Assembly: GCA_951406725.2 (NCBI GenBank)
Contig: OX597842.1
Coordinates: 5,022,001-5,086,000 of the forward strand
Length of the DNA: 64,000 nt
Source of the DNA: Octopus vulgaris
Lineage: Eukaryota
Reading direction: 5' to 3'
Translations under genes and position numbers: made by a program
Notes under the pieces: generated by a model
Database searches by the model: none
Told to the model about the DNA's origin: nothing
What the model saw: the letters and a program-made list of their open reading frames with translations, nothing else
Shown: positions 1 through 14,033 of the stretch, one piece after another
Layout: each line of letters starts with the position of its first letter
Position numbering within the stretch: position 1 is the first letter of the stretch

Positions 1-549
1 ACAGCAAAAAAAAAAATATGCCGGTAATTTCTTTGAACTATTTTCCAGAAATCATTATACATAATTAATAATATCAGAGTAATACATAATTAATAATATC
101 AGGGTAATAAAGATAAGTAAGAGGCACATGCTGGATTCACCTCGTACTTATATGTTTAATCTTGGCATACCTGTTGATGAAGACTTCACCTGGCAAATTA
201 TTTTATTTGCTAAAAAAAGTCAAACCATGGTCCAGGAAATAGATGGTAAATGTTTTTATTTTTCATCCTTAATTAGTGGTTTGGACTTTAGCTGTTCCTT
301 CTTGCGTAAGGGAGTCCTATGATGGATACCTCTTAATGTGTTTAAATGTACATTGTATTATATATATATATTTACAGTGTGCTTCTTTCAGTTTCTGTCT
401 ATGAAATCTCCTCACAAAACTTTGGTCAGTCTGAGGCTATAGTAGAAGACAGTTGCCCGAGATTGCACACAGTGGGACTAAACCCCAAACCATGTGGTTG
501 GGAAGCAAGCTTCTTATCACACAGCCATGCCTGTGCCTATACATGTGTA

Positions 550-604
<55 letters not shown>

Positions 605-2029
605 TTGTGTCTGTATTTGTTTTCCTCTTCAATGCTTGACAAGTGGTGTTGGTTTGTTTACATTGCACTAACTTAGCAGTTTGGCTGATGGCATTGATAA
701 AATGTGTATCAGGTTTAATAGGGTTGATTCATTTGACTAAAAATTCTTCAATGCCCCAGTCCAATGACAGAAACAAGTAAAAAGTAGAATATGTCTGTCT
801 GTGAGTCTATCAAGACAGCTGTGAAGATTGTTAGAAGAGAGGTTGCTATTACACTATAATCAAACACTGAAGTACTTGAGCTGACATCTTGACCTTGTTG
901 TGACCTCTGCTGACCTCAGTTTATCTCAATATTGCCATAGTAGCAGCAGTAGACATAGTGTAATTTGGTGGTGGTTTATAGTTTTAGTTGTGATGGTGGT
1001 TGATGTAGTGATGGGGGTAGTGGGGGTGATAGCAGCGGGGGTGGGTGACAGTGGTAGTGGGCATGGTGGTGGTGGTGCTGATGGTAGTGGTTGTGGTGGT
1101 AGTGATGATGGTGTTGCTGGCAGTGGTGCTGTTGATGGTAGTGGAGATGACTGTATTGAAGAAACTGTGTGTGTGTGTTTGTGTTTGTATAAAGATTGTT
1201 GAGGAAAATGGAAGCTTGGCACAGGGTGGAGTGGGGGGGGGGCAGGGGTTAGTACAGTTGGTGTTCCTGTGTGTTTTCCTATGCTAGCATGGGTTAGCTG
1301 AATACATATTGAAGCATTAAAACAGCCTTCTCTGTATTATACTAAATGTAAATACATGGTTGAAAGGCAAATTTACTGCAGTATTCATCCAAAGAAAACA
1401 TCTCTTATATGGATGTGCTGTATTGAAAAATGCAATATATATTGGAAGGAAATGAAAATCCTCCCAGCAACAGCAGCAGCTGCTGAAAATATCATCATCA
1501 TCATCATCGTCATTTTTATGCCTATTTTCCATGTTGGCATGGGTTGGATGGCTTTGACATGAACACTGGCAAGTCAGAAGACTGCATCAAGCTCCAAGTA
1601 TCATCTTTGGCATGATCCCTACAGTTTGATGTCCTTCCTAGCACCAACCACTTTACAGAATGTACTGGGTGCTTTTTATGTGACATCAGCTCCGATAAAG
1701 TCACTGGGTAACTTGCAGGACAAACCCCATCAAAGGAAGGGGAGTGGTATTGAGGAACAGAACAGATGGAGAGAAGAGAGAGAGAAGGAGGAGAGGAAAT
1801 GGTGAAGATGTAACAGGGTGGGGACAGGGGCCTGGAGAAGGTGAGTGGATGGGTGGATGAGTTCACAAGAAAGGAACATAGGAGCTAGAAGTGTGTGTGT
1901 GTGTGGAGGGGGGCGGTGATGTAATGAGTGGGCACTGGTAGAGGGAGGGGATATTAGGAGGATTATGTTGTGGGGAAGGGATCTAATAGGGACATGATTC
2001 AGAACACTTGGGTAGAAAAGGCATCACAT

Positions 2030-3890
2030 GTAGTGATCAAATTCTGGTAGAGATTCAGCAAAAGAACCAGGTCACCAGTGTAGAGTTGCTCCTAGGGGCA
2101 ACCAATTTTAAATTCCTTTGTTATGGCCTAAAGGGAAATGATAAACAAGAAGTGGGGGGGGGGTGAGAATCAATCCTTGGTGAACTACCTGTACACTAAA
2201 TTCGTAATGGAGAGCATAGTAGGAGGTGGAGGGAAGATGGTTTGTGGTGGGAGATGGGGTCAAGGATATATGCCTCTATGTCCTTGATTTAATTTACCTG
2301 GGTGGGTCGTCTCAAGTACAGCAATTCCTCAATTGTCTTGTCCTTTGTCATCTCTGTGAGGCTCAACATCTGAGGATCGTTTCACCGCTCTTGTATCTTC
2401 CTGGGTCTACTTCTTCCACATGTTCCCTCCACATTTAGGGATTGGCACTTCTTTATGCAGCTGTCCTCTTTCACATGCATCACATAACCATATCAGCACA
2501 GTCTTTTCTCTTGCACACTACTTCTGATGCCTCTTATACCCAATTTTTCTCACAAAACATTTACACTTTGTCCTACATGAATACACGGCACATTTAGTGG
2601 AGCATGCTGACTTCATTTCTTTCAGGCTTTTACATGTCCTCTGCAGTCACAACATGTGTTTCACTGCCTTATAGCATAGCCGTGGGAGAGGCCCTTTGTA
2701 ACCAACAATGATAGCAGCTCTTTGAACTTTGCCTTGGTGGTTCTTATTCTAGCAAACATGCTTTCAGAGCAAACTCCTCCACTACTAATTAGGTCACCTA
2801 GGTAACAAAAACTATCTACTACCTCCAAGGAACCCCAGGACATTTGAGGAGATCTATTTCCTGTACATTCCTGGTGTTTATTGTACCTGTACATCTGCCA
2901 CACACGAAGACTACTTTCTCTGCTAACCTTCCACTGCACTTCTTATATGTTTATAGCTTACACAGAGTACACCATATGGAATTTCTACATACACATTTTC
3001 TACAGTACCATTTCCCTGAAGGGATAAGTAATTTGTCTGTTTTCCTATTTACTAGTACTATGGTCTTTACTAAATCAACTCTAAGGCTCTTGGATCCCAA
3101 GTCCTTGCTTTCACACCCTTGAAATTTTTTCTTTAATTCTGGTAGAGATTCAGTTATGAGAACAAGGTCATCAATGAATAGGAGCTCCCAAGAGCAACCA
3201 GTCTTGAATTCCTCTGTTATGGCCTGGGGGACAGTGATTAACAAGAAAGGGTTGAGAACAATCCTTGATGAACACCTCCCTGCAATTTGAATTTGTTGTT
3301 ATACTCATTGTCAACTTTTACCTTACTGACAGCATCCTTGTACATAGTTTAAACAGCTCACACAAGCCACTCATCTACCCGTAGGTTCTGCAACAATCAC
3401 CAGATGAGGAAGTTAGGGACATAGGCTTTATCCTTGTTAATAAATGCCAAGTACAGCAATTTGTATTTTGTTAAATGCTTCTCTAGCAACTGTCTTACTC
3501 GGAAGATAGCATCTGTCGTGCTTTTCCCTGGCATAAAACCAGACTTCATCTCATCTGGGTTAACTCTCTTCCTAATTAATTATGCAATGACCCTTTCTGT
3601 ATTTTCATGACCTGGTCCAATAATTTGATACTTCTGTAATTTTGTCTTAAGGCACCTTTATTTTTGCAATATTTAACTATGGCACTCATTTGGTATAACT
3701 TCAGCATGGAAAATACAACTAGATATGGGTGACTAGGCCGTATCCCATTCCACCAGATATTTTAAGCATCACGGTGGTAATTCCTGATGGCTTTTCCAGT
3801 CTTCATATACTTAATTATCTTCTCAATCATGATACTATCAACTCTGATAGCTGGTCTCTCTGTTGGGTCCACATTAAGAAGATTCTTCCT
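2030..3890 (-). mobile_element. Decayed RTE-clade LINE reverse transcriptase
   Basis: ORF fragments EEFKTGCSWELLFIDDLVL and LEVVDSFCYLGDLISSGG, with frameshifts. Same family as 21195-23160. Confidence 0.85.
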
Positions 3891-5508
3891 CACATAGCTT
3901 GATCATGTGAGCAGCTAAGTTGTTGATCAATCAGAAACCATACATCATGTGAAAGATGATTCTGGAAGGCTCTAAAACATTTCCCTTCAAGGGTTATAAA
4001 GTCCTTTTCGGCACCAAATTGCAGTGTTCTTGGTGGCAGTTTGAAATGCACTCTCTTTTGTAGTTGTTATAATGACTGCATGCTTAAACTGACGTGTAAC
4101 CATAGTGGCTGACAAGCAGCAGCACATGGATACATAGATTCCTTGTGTTTAATCCAGCCCCAGGGGTCAATTTGGATGTTCAGTTACTTAATATGTTGCA
4201 TTATATTTCTTTCATCTTGCACGCTCTGTGTGTAGATTTGTAAAGCATCACCAACTTCATATGACTTGTGCATTATCGTTGTCATCAACATCAACAAGAA
4301 CAACAAAAACATTCAATGTCCATTTTACATGTAGTAAAGATTGTTTGCCAACATAACATGGCAGTCCTGGTTTAGGACGAATGTTGCTGTAATTTAGACC
4401 CAGGAGACATCGTCTCCAGTTAGCTATGCGACATGATCTGTGTCCTTATATTTTCGAACAAGGGAAAATATAAGGACACAGATCATGTTGTACAGCCAGC
4501 TGGAGACGATGTCTCCTGGGGCTAAATTACAGCAACATTCGTCCTAAACCAGGACTGCCATGTTATATTGGCAAACAATCTTTACTACAAAGTACTGTTG
4601 CTGGATATCTCTTGTTGTGAGATTTAAAAATAGTAATTTTCCTGTCTATTTTCCATGCTGACATGGGTTGGATGACTTAACAGGACCTGGTAAGGCCAGG
4701 GTCCTTACCAGGTCCCATAGTCTGTTTTGGTTTGGTTCCTTTGGCTGGATGCCCTTCCTAATGCCAACCACTTTACAGAGTATACTGGGTGCTTTTGATG
4801 TGGCGCCATCACCCACACCAATGCTTTTTATGCAACACCTTGGTTTTAGGTGTTAATAAATCATGTTTAAATATTTTCTTGTTGTCAAATTATAACACGG
4901 AGCCTTTGGCAAATTCAACCAGCAACCATCACAAAAACTGTATCCCAGCAATATTCATGTGAACCAAGTAACACATCACTTCCACCACCAAGAGAAAACA
5001 AAAATCTAATTTTTACTTTTATTTCCAAAAATATCTAAATATATTTTTATTTATGTATAAAAAAATTAGATAAAAATGTAAAAAATGATGTTGAAGAAAG
5101 ACGAAGAAAATAATTTGATATTTAAAAAAAAATAAAAATTAAGATATGCATATGTTGATAATAACAATAATGGTTTCGAATTTTGGTACAAGGCCAGAAA
5201 TTTCGGAGCAGTGGGTAAGCTGAATATATCGACCTCAGAGCTCAATTGGTACTTATTTTATTGACCATGAAAGGAGGAAAGGCAAAGTCGACCTTGTCAG
5301 AATTTGAACTCAGAATGTAAAGACAGATGAAGATGAGATACCCTAACCAGTCAGTCGTGTGTAGCAGAAACAGAATCATGTCTGTGTCTCTGTGCATATT
5401 CAGGCATCTGTTTCAGTCGCTTTGCCCTGCTTTTCTCTGATTTAGTTGCCTGTCTTTCTTTCTGCTGTTGTGCCTTTGCTGCTAAATTTTCTTTTTCAGT
5501 CGCTTATT

Positions 5509-5542
<34 letters not shown>

Positions 5543-6799
5543 CAAATGAAAGCATGTTAAAAACTATCTTGTTTAGCGTGCAATCACATAGTTATTATTG
5601 TAAGGTTTATAGCATTCCAAGTAGCCATGCCAACACTTCTTCATTTAAAAAAAAAATTATACCAGTATATTGAAGAATTTTCATTTTATCAAAAATATTC
5701 ATTTAACAAACTCCGGAAATTGATAAGTGTACCTCGTAACAAAGTTATATAGCTATTTTGTGTAATAGCATGCATTCATTCAATACAAAATCACTTAAAA
5801 ATTATACCGGCATACTCTTTTACTTGTTTCAGTCATTTGACTGCGGCCATTCTGGAGCACCGCCTTTAGTCGAGAAAATTATAGACAATTTCTCAGAACA
5901 TGAATTTATAAAAATATTTCCAAACGGTCAAGCTTTTAATATCGGTTTCTTTTAGTACTTTTAGTAATTGTTACATACCTAATTAATAAGCAGCTATCTC
6001 CATTATAGTACAGATCCCAATTTGGGAATAAAATTGATAATATACTCTTTTACTTGTTTCAGTGGTCATGCTGGAGCACTGCCTTTAGTCAAGCAAATCG
6101 CCACCAGGACTTATTCTTTGTAAGCCTAGTACATATTCTATCAGTCTCATTTGCTGAACTGCTAAGTTACGGGGACGTAAACACACCAACATTGGTTGTC
6201 AAGTAATGTTGGGGGGACAAACACAAACATACATACGACGGGCTTCTTTCAGTTTCCGTCAAGGCTTTGGTTGGCCCAAGGCAATAGTAGAAGACACTTG
6301 CCCAAGGTGTCATGCAGTGGGACTGAACCCGGAACCGTGTGGCTGGTAAACAAGCTACTTACCACAGAGCCACTCCTAGCTCATTACTAACAATATTAAC
6401 AACAACAATAATAATAATAATAATAGAAGTAGCAATACTAAGGAGAGGGATTGTAATAACAGTAAAAAACATATTTAAGGTAACCTGATACTAAGCATTA
6501 ACACTACTACTCATCATTTAAGGCTCTGTCCACAGACTGCCAAAATTCCTTGGACAGTTAGGCAATTTGTTTTTAGACATCACTATGTGTATTTCTATTT
6601 TGGCCTGACTTGTATTTAATTTAGATTCTATCTGAACAATGTAGTTGACTCCACCCTGAAAATGTGACAATTAATAATAGGTGTGCATTAGCTGCTGCAG
6701 AAACGAAAAGAAGTAATTCACTGCTGAATAAAATTGGATATAAAGCTCTGTTCTCCTTTATTATAAATTTGTTATATATATATATATATATATATATAT

Positions 6800-8070
6800 G
6801 GATCTTTTCTGTTTGGTTGCCAGTGGCTGCCAGTAACAATTTTCTGTTTGAATTGATTTTATATTCAGTGTAATGATACACTTTTATAGGCTAATTAATG
6901 ATGTGAAAGTAATTTTCGTTATAAATCAATAATAAAGAGTTATTAGTAATTAAAGTTTGAAAATTTTGGTAATTTTAGCCAATCGTAAGCCATGTCTGTT
7001 TCGATAGTAACATGAGAACTCTTTTGCATGTTGCCATAGTAACAGTCTTTGAAAAGTCTGAAAGGAAGCATGTGTTGACATCAGTGTTGTTTATTCATTT
7101 CTTTTTGTCATTGAGCATTGAGGTGGTTGTGAGATGTGCTGAAAATAACAGCTAAATAAAATTTTTCTGATAAATCTTTTAAATTAAAGTTTGTTTGCCA
7201 ACATCTTGCCCAGAGATTTAAAACTAACTGGTTTTCTCTTTGAAATTAACATAAACCTTTATTTACATGAAAGAAAATTACCAGAGACATAACACGTGCT
7301 GTTTACAAATATTGACAACATGTGCTATTTTCAGGATGTTGACAACAAAATGTGCAGTCATGCACAAAATGACAGCTTCCAAATCCTGTTTCCTGACTGG
7401 GTGAAAATGATCAAACTTTAAACTTCTATAATGGATGGCAAGGTTTACAATATTGGGAGAATATCACCTTCTTCCATTATCTCTTTTTGTTCTTCGTGTA
7501 GTTCAGGCTTCTGGCAGGCGAAGAGAGATGACTTAAAGTACAAATGCAATTTACAACTGCTTTATTTACAGGTTTCACAGGATAGGTGAAGTGTGCTGCT
7601 CTCAGCAACCATCTTTAGCTGTGTGTGTTGTATAGTAGCTCCGTTAGTGCGGACACATTGCCTCAGGAGGTACAACATACAGACAGGCCCTGCCAATGGA
7701 GTGTGCTCAGCAAGTGCTGCTGCTAAGAGGCGGAAAGGAGAGGCAACAAAAGAGAGAAAGAATCTCAATCTGTTTTGCCCTTATATACAGCTTGCTATCG
7801 CAAGCCTCATTGTGATTTTGTACATGGCAAATGAATGAAGGTGAGGTCTTGTCCCAGTCTTGGAGATGGCAATGGCTGCCGCAAGATCTCATCCAATATG
7901 GCAGTGACTGCTTGTGCCGCTACACCTCTATGACTTTTTAAAAACATTTTTCTGGAAAAAATTAAATAACTCCAGCAACTCAGTTTGGGTAAGAGTATTA
8001 TTGTGCCAAATTAAAAAATTTTTGGTAAACTTGAATTTTTGGAGCTGCTGGCAACCAAACAGAAAAAATC
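6800..8070. mobile_element. Unclassified ~1.27-kb TIR element within (TA)n
   Basis: Left gatcttttctgtttggttgccag and right ctggcaaccaaacagaaaaaatc are inverted repeats flanked by (TA)n. No recognisable transposase. Confidence 0.7.
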
Positions 8071-8611
8071 ATATTTATATATATATATATATATATATAT
8101 AATCATCATCATCATTTAACATCCACCTTCCATGCTATACTATTACTATATATATAGTAATCCTAGGTGCTCCATACAATTGTAGTTGTCTTTTATATAT
8201 ATATATACATACGCACACACACACACACATGCATGCATGCATGTAGATAGAGAACAGTTGCCATATTTCATTCCAAAATGGCTACCTCACATGAGCACAG
8301 AGTAAATAATCAGACCTTACACTCCATTGGGCCCCTAGTGTGAAACCAATTGGTAAGAGCCATAATGGATATATAATACTGTACGCTTCAATTAATATAT
8401 ATACATATATAAGAAATTAAAAAAGGAAAATATGCACACTTACATAGTTTTAATATAATTTTTAATATATCAACCGGTTTCGCTATCACTATTCATGATA
8501 TTATGTTTTACTTATTTGAATATATATTTTTTCTGAAGAAGAAATTTTTCCATGTTGTGTGTGATGAAATTTCTTCTTCAGAAAAAATATATATTCAAAT
8601 AAGTAAAACAT

Positions 8612-8647
8612 AATATCATGAATAGCGATAGCGAAACCGGTTGATAT
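8612..8647 (+). ncRNA. Hammerhead-like motif with A3-U8 core (inverted copy at 8466-8501)
   Basis: atatc ATGAATA gc-gata-gc GAAA ccgg TT gatat. Related copies at 28131-28164 (-) and 27362-27396 (-). Confidence 0.6.
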
Positions 8648-10061
8648 ATTAAAAATTATATTAAAACTATGTAAATGTGCGTATTTTCCTTTTTTAATTT
8701 CTTATATACATTACAACTCACCACGTGGGGATAATCGAAATTCCTCTTTTCTGTTACTACTACTATATATATATATATTATTATTATTATTATTATTATT
8801 ATGGATCCTGCCATTGTTAGATGATGGATGAGAGTTCCACGGCATCTTACTGAACAACCTGCACAAATGATTTGCTTATAGCTTGCGCTGTACATTAGCT
8901 CTCCTCCTCCGTCAAATCCTCAGAACCTAAATAGGTACACAGGTGTGCCACATGTCAGAGGTTGAAATGATTGCAAAGTAAAGTGAGGTCAAGTGTTTTG
9001 CTCAAGAACACAATGTACAGCCTAGTCTGGGAATGGAAACTACGATTTTACAATCTTGAGTGCAACACCCTAACCACTAGGCCATGTGTATGTGTGTTTG
9101 TTTCTGTGTTTGTCCCATCAGACTGCTTCACAACTAGTGTTGGTTTGTTTACATCCCCATAACTTAGACATTTAGCAAAGAGATTGACATATTAAGTACC
9201 AGACTTCAAATGAAAAATTAAGTACTGGGATTGAGTTGTCTGACTACAACTCTTCAAAGTGGTGCCCCAGCATGGCCACAGCCCAGTGACTGAAACAAGT
9301 AAAAGATAAAAAATTAATGGGACAAAGAAAAGACTATGATTAGATATTGTGGTGCTACTGTTGTGGTCAGTAGTGGAATTTAGAGTTTGTATGGAGTCCA
9401 AGGAGAGAGAAAGAGCTTACATGTAAGAATGTGAAGATATATTTGTATTTCTGGTGGTCAAACATTAGCACCTTGTGTTTGTTTAGTCCCATGTCAGTCC
9501 CGATTCAACAAACCTATGATCAAATATGTTCCAGCTACAATGATCATGTCTTTTATTAAGACACAATATATCTTGGACTACGTAATCAAATGTATAATAT
9601 AGTATTTAGTATAAGTGGTTATAGATGTTGTTTAACCCCCAAGTCATTCATGGTCCAATTGACTGATGATCAAACATGTTCCAGCTGTGACCATCCCCTC
9701 TTATTTAGACATAATATATCTAGGACTACATCATCAAATGTATAATATAGAAGTTAGTATTAGTGGTTTTGTTATTATTCCTGGTTATATCTTTCATTCA
9801 GGCATAGTGTATCTAGGACTACATTATCTAATGTACTGTACAGTAGTTAGTATTAGTGGCTACAGTTGTTACTGTTTAGCCCTCACATTCCAGCTGTGAC
9901 CATACTGTTTCCTTTGGAATGTATCTTAAACCATACCTCATTATCCAATGTGTCCTAATTTGAGGGTTGTTTGGATGTCATATCTAGCAGTTCAAGTGCC
10001 TATGTTGATGGCTCTATTGTTGGTCAACCATTGCTGTGGTTAGCTGTTGCTGCTGCTTTGG

Positions 10062-11710
10062 TCAAGCATAACTGATTTTGTCTTTGATGTACTGGTTCCG
10101 GTTGGGTGCTTCATGTATGACAGGGGCTGCTGTACCACCACCATTCTGGGTGTAGAAAGATATCTCCTCTGGACGAGGCAAGAGTCCGATGCCTCCTTGG
10201 AAATTGCCAGATGGGGAAAGGAATGAGGGCTCTGATGGGTCAGCATGCATTTGCGCAAGCAAGGGGAAAGGGTTGTCTGGCAGCCGGTCATAGGTGCTGC
10301 GTGTCGTAATTCTATTGATTGTTTTTCTTGTTATGCTGGGGTTGTCGCTAGGGCCAGGGTCTGTTGGATCTGGAACCTTCTCAGCCCACATCACCTGAGA
10401 TGTTTGGCAGCCAGTTGTTGGGTCAAATCCTGACTGTACCATTGCTGACCGTTGGCCTGGTTCAATTGCTGATATTCCATCGATAGCATGGGGGTCAGGG
10501 ACTGACAATGGAAATCTCCTGGGTGGTGATCCAGATCTATTTGGCAAACTCTTTCGAGATCTTGGTTTCGGTTTTACTACTTCGCCCCTCTGGCCATGGC
10601 CACTCTTTGGGGAAGAAGATGCAGCAGGTGCATAAGGATCAGCTGGAGTAGAAGTGTATTCTGGGGGCAGCCTATTTCCACCCATGCCATTCACTGTCCG
10701 AAATGCACTAGGTGGTGTATTGGTGTGTTGAGGTGAGTCTTCATTCCTCTGTGAGGGTTGCGAAGTCTGCATGAAAAACGCTGTTGTATTGATTGGTCCA
10801 GATTTGGTTGGTGTCGATTCCATGTACCATGCTGCTTTTCCACTGACCGAGTCTTCACGGTGTGGGTCAGAATGCGAATGGTAACCATATGCAAATGATT
10901 TATTTGGATTAGGATTGACAGTTCGAGACATTATCTCACTGAATGCTGTTGGGAATCCGCTGTAATAGGGATCACTCTGGTCCTGATGCGATGAATTCTG
11001 GACAAGGTCTGGAATACCAAAATGCGGATGGACAGGGCGAGAGTGAATATCATCATCATCCTCATCGGCTTGAAACTGTGAATGTGAATCTCGTCTTCCA
11101 GATGGTTTTGTTTGTGATTTCTCTGTTGCTGTCATCATGGGGTCCTGCATGGACTTTTTAATGTAGGTATTGTTAACAACAGGGTTGGTCATCTGTCGTG
11201 GCTCCTCATCTCCTGTTTCAAAGTCAAAGGAATTGCCGATGCTGGTTGAGTTACCATTTTCAGCAAGTGTGTGGAAGTGCTTGACTTCCAAATCATCTTC
11301 ATCTTCTTCATCTTCCCCATATCGCCTACCATCCTCTCTCTCTCTACTTCTTCCTCTATTAGAACCATTCTTTGACTGATGTTTCTCCCTTTCTTGTTTT
11401 TGTTCCTGCCGTTTTTGAATCTCTTCCTGAAGTTCTTCTTCAGTTATACTAACTCGATTGATGTTGTTGCCCCGTGATGGAACTTTATCCTCTGAGATCT
11501 TGTTTTCTGCAGTGGAATTGCGATCCCTTGACTCAGCTGATGGTGCCTTATGCCGTATTTGTGCATAGGCCACATTATCTGCCTGTGGACCATTTGTTGT
11601 GGGGCTTTGATTATGACTGGACCTGTGTTTGGAATTTTTGTTCATCTCTGACAAGGGGCCATCATCATGTTGTTGGACCCCAGTTTTCTCTGCTGGTTCT
11701 GTGACATTTT
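10062..11710 (-). CDS. Coding exon 5 (terminal), disordered cytoplasmic tail ending ...KDKISYA*
   Basis: Acceptor cttttaacag|AA is in phase with exon 4. 1649 nt open to TGA. The five exons sum to 2976 nt, i.e. 991 aa plus stop. Confidence 0.9.
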
Positions 11711-12686
11711 CTGTTAAAAGACAAGAAAATAAAATAAAAACATATAAATAAAAAAGATGAATAGGAGTGAAAAAAGTAAGGGACCAGTAATTAGAGGGGG
11801 TCAATGACATCAGCAAACATTATCCCCTCAAAATTGCTACTTTGTACTAATTGTACTAATATCAGAAACCATTATAATATAAAGAAAGAAAAAAAATAGA
11901 AAATCCATAAATAACACAATTTCTGTCCCAGGGTAGCAACTGTTATTCCCTATTTGCTGACCCCTAAAAAGTATGAAGCTTATGTTACATTTATTCAAAC
12001 CCCCAAAGAATCCCTTTCAACACATGGCTATAATGTGCCCCCACTGTACCTGCTCATGATCAGAGATGCACATATTGTCAGTCACTAAGGGACATGCTCA
12101 AGTGATTATAGTCAAGCAAATGACAAGCAAGCAAATCTGTGGTATTGAATAGAATATTTGCTATAATGAGATTTGTGCTTCAGCAATTCACTGAATCAGT
12201 CTGAAATGTAAAGAAAATTAGGTCAGTTTCAAAACACTGATGTCTAGCTAACAAAAGCAAAGTAGCGATTTCCTTTGGTTTCTAAATAGAATCAAAGAGG
12301 AAATAAAACTTACTGACCAAAGAGAGAAAAAAACAGATTTTGTTACACTGTGCTGTGGTAGGTTGAGGAATTCAGAATTTGTCTTCAGTTTGGTAGATGC
12401 AAGAGAGAGTGGGGGGAGTGAATGAGAAAGGGAGGATGACAGGGAGAGAGAGAGAGAGAGAGAGGGAGAAATATAGCTCTTAACAATTATCATTCCCCCA
12501 ATAAGCTTGATAATTGTTAAGTAATATACCTTAATAACATGAAGCCAATGGTAGCCTAGTTAACCCACAAATAAAGAATATTTATCCACTGATGTGGTGT
12601 TGAGCACTTATTCTTCCTGTTCATCAAGTGCCTATATTGATGGCTCTATTGTTGTTCAACTATATCGATGGTATTAACACATAGAC

Positions 12687-12720
<34 letters not shown>

Positions 12721-12957
12721 ATATGTATATATCTATCTAAACAAACATATATATTCTTTTATTCCTTTATATGTTTCAATCATTTGACTCTGGCCAAGTT
12801 GGAGCACCGCCTATAGTGGAACAAACTGACCCCAAGACTTATTCTTTGTAAGCCTAGTACTTATTCTATCGGTCTTTTTTACCAAACCGCTAAGTTATGG
12901 GGACATAAACACACCAACATCGGTTGTTAAGTGATGGAGGGGGGACAAACACAGACA

Positions 12958-13015
<58 letters not shown>

Positions 13016-14033
13016 CAAAAATGGGACAAAGGATGGGTCATTCGGAGTTTTCTATCCTCAGTTGAGTTCCAGATTATCTTTGCAATTTTGGCTGGTTATA
13101 CTCGAGATTGTTCCAATCTGGCGAGCCCCAAGGAAAAAGAGCATTAGATTCCTTGGAAGAAAGCAGCAAATGCATATGGAAACAAGGACAGAAAAAAACA
13201 GAAATGTCACACAAATACAAATGCAATTAACAGGGCATAACAACAGGTGTCTTTCGACTAAGGATGAATTAAATTAAGCTGGCGTGTGTGGAAGTAAAGC
13301 CTTACGGTAGAAACAAGATTTAACAGGCACAGGGAGGAATATAGATGTTGCACGGATGGTAGTCGAACCAAGAAAGAAAGATCAGGCCTGGCTGACCACT
13401 GGTCACGTGGGGATAGAAGAGAGAGAGAGAGGTAGAGGCAAAGGGATAGAAGGATTAAGGAGGGATGAGAAAAAAAAATGAAAGAGACTCAGTGAAGTGA
13501 AAGAGGGAAAGTGAGCATGAAGAGAAGGCCAGGAAAAGTGAGAGAAGTGGAACGAAGTGTGAAAGGGCTGATGGAAAGAAGGAAAGAATAGAAAGAATAA
13601 TAGAGTCATACTTATATATATATATATATACTTATATATATATATATATATATATAATGTTATATTTGGGGTTGGTCATATTTTTGCCAATTAACTACAA
13701 ACACTATATACTTGTTCATCACTTCCACTCTATCTTTATTCTTATTTTAGTGCCCTTTGCCCAAACTCTTTTGTTCTGTGACCCTCCATTCCATGTGTCT
13801 CTGCCTTTCTGTAAGGTTGGAGTGTTGCTGAAGAGGTTACTGTATGTATTATGAAAGATTTCAGACAAAGGACATTAAAATATGAATAAAAATAAAGCTA
13901 AAGTGAAGACAAATATATAATGCTTGTGGTTAATTGGTAAAAGTATGACCATCCCCAAATATAACAATAAGTATGTGTATGCATGCATGTATATAAATGG
14001 ATGTAACAAGAACAAAAATGTGACTCAACTTAC

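Noticed and set aside
900-1287. Gly/Val/Pro-rich ORFs on both strands
   Set aside because: Translations of (GGT/GAT)n simple repeats, with no splice or domain support.
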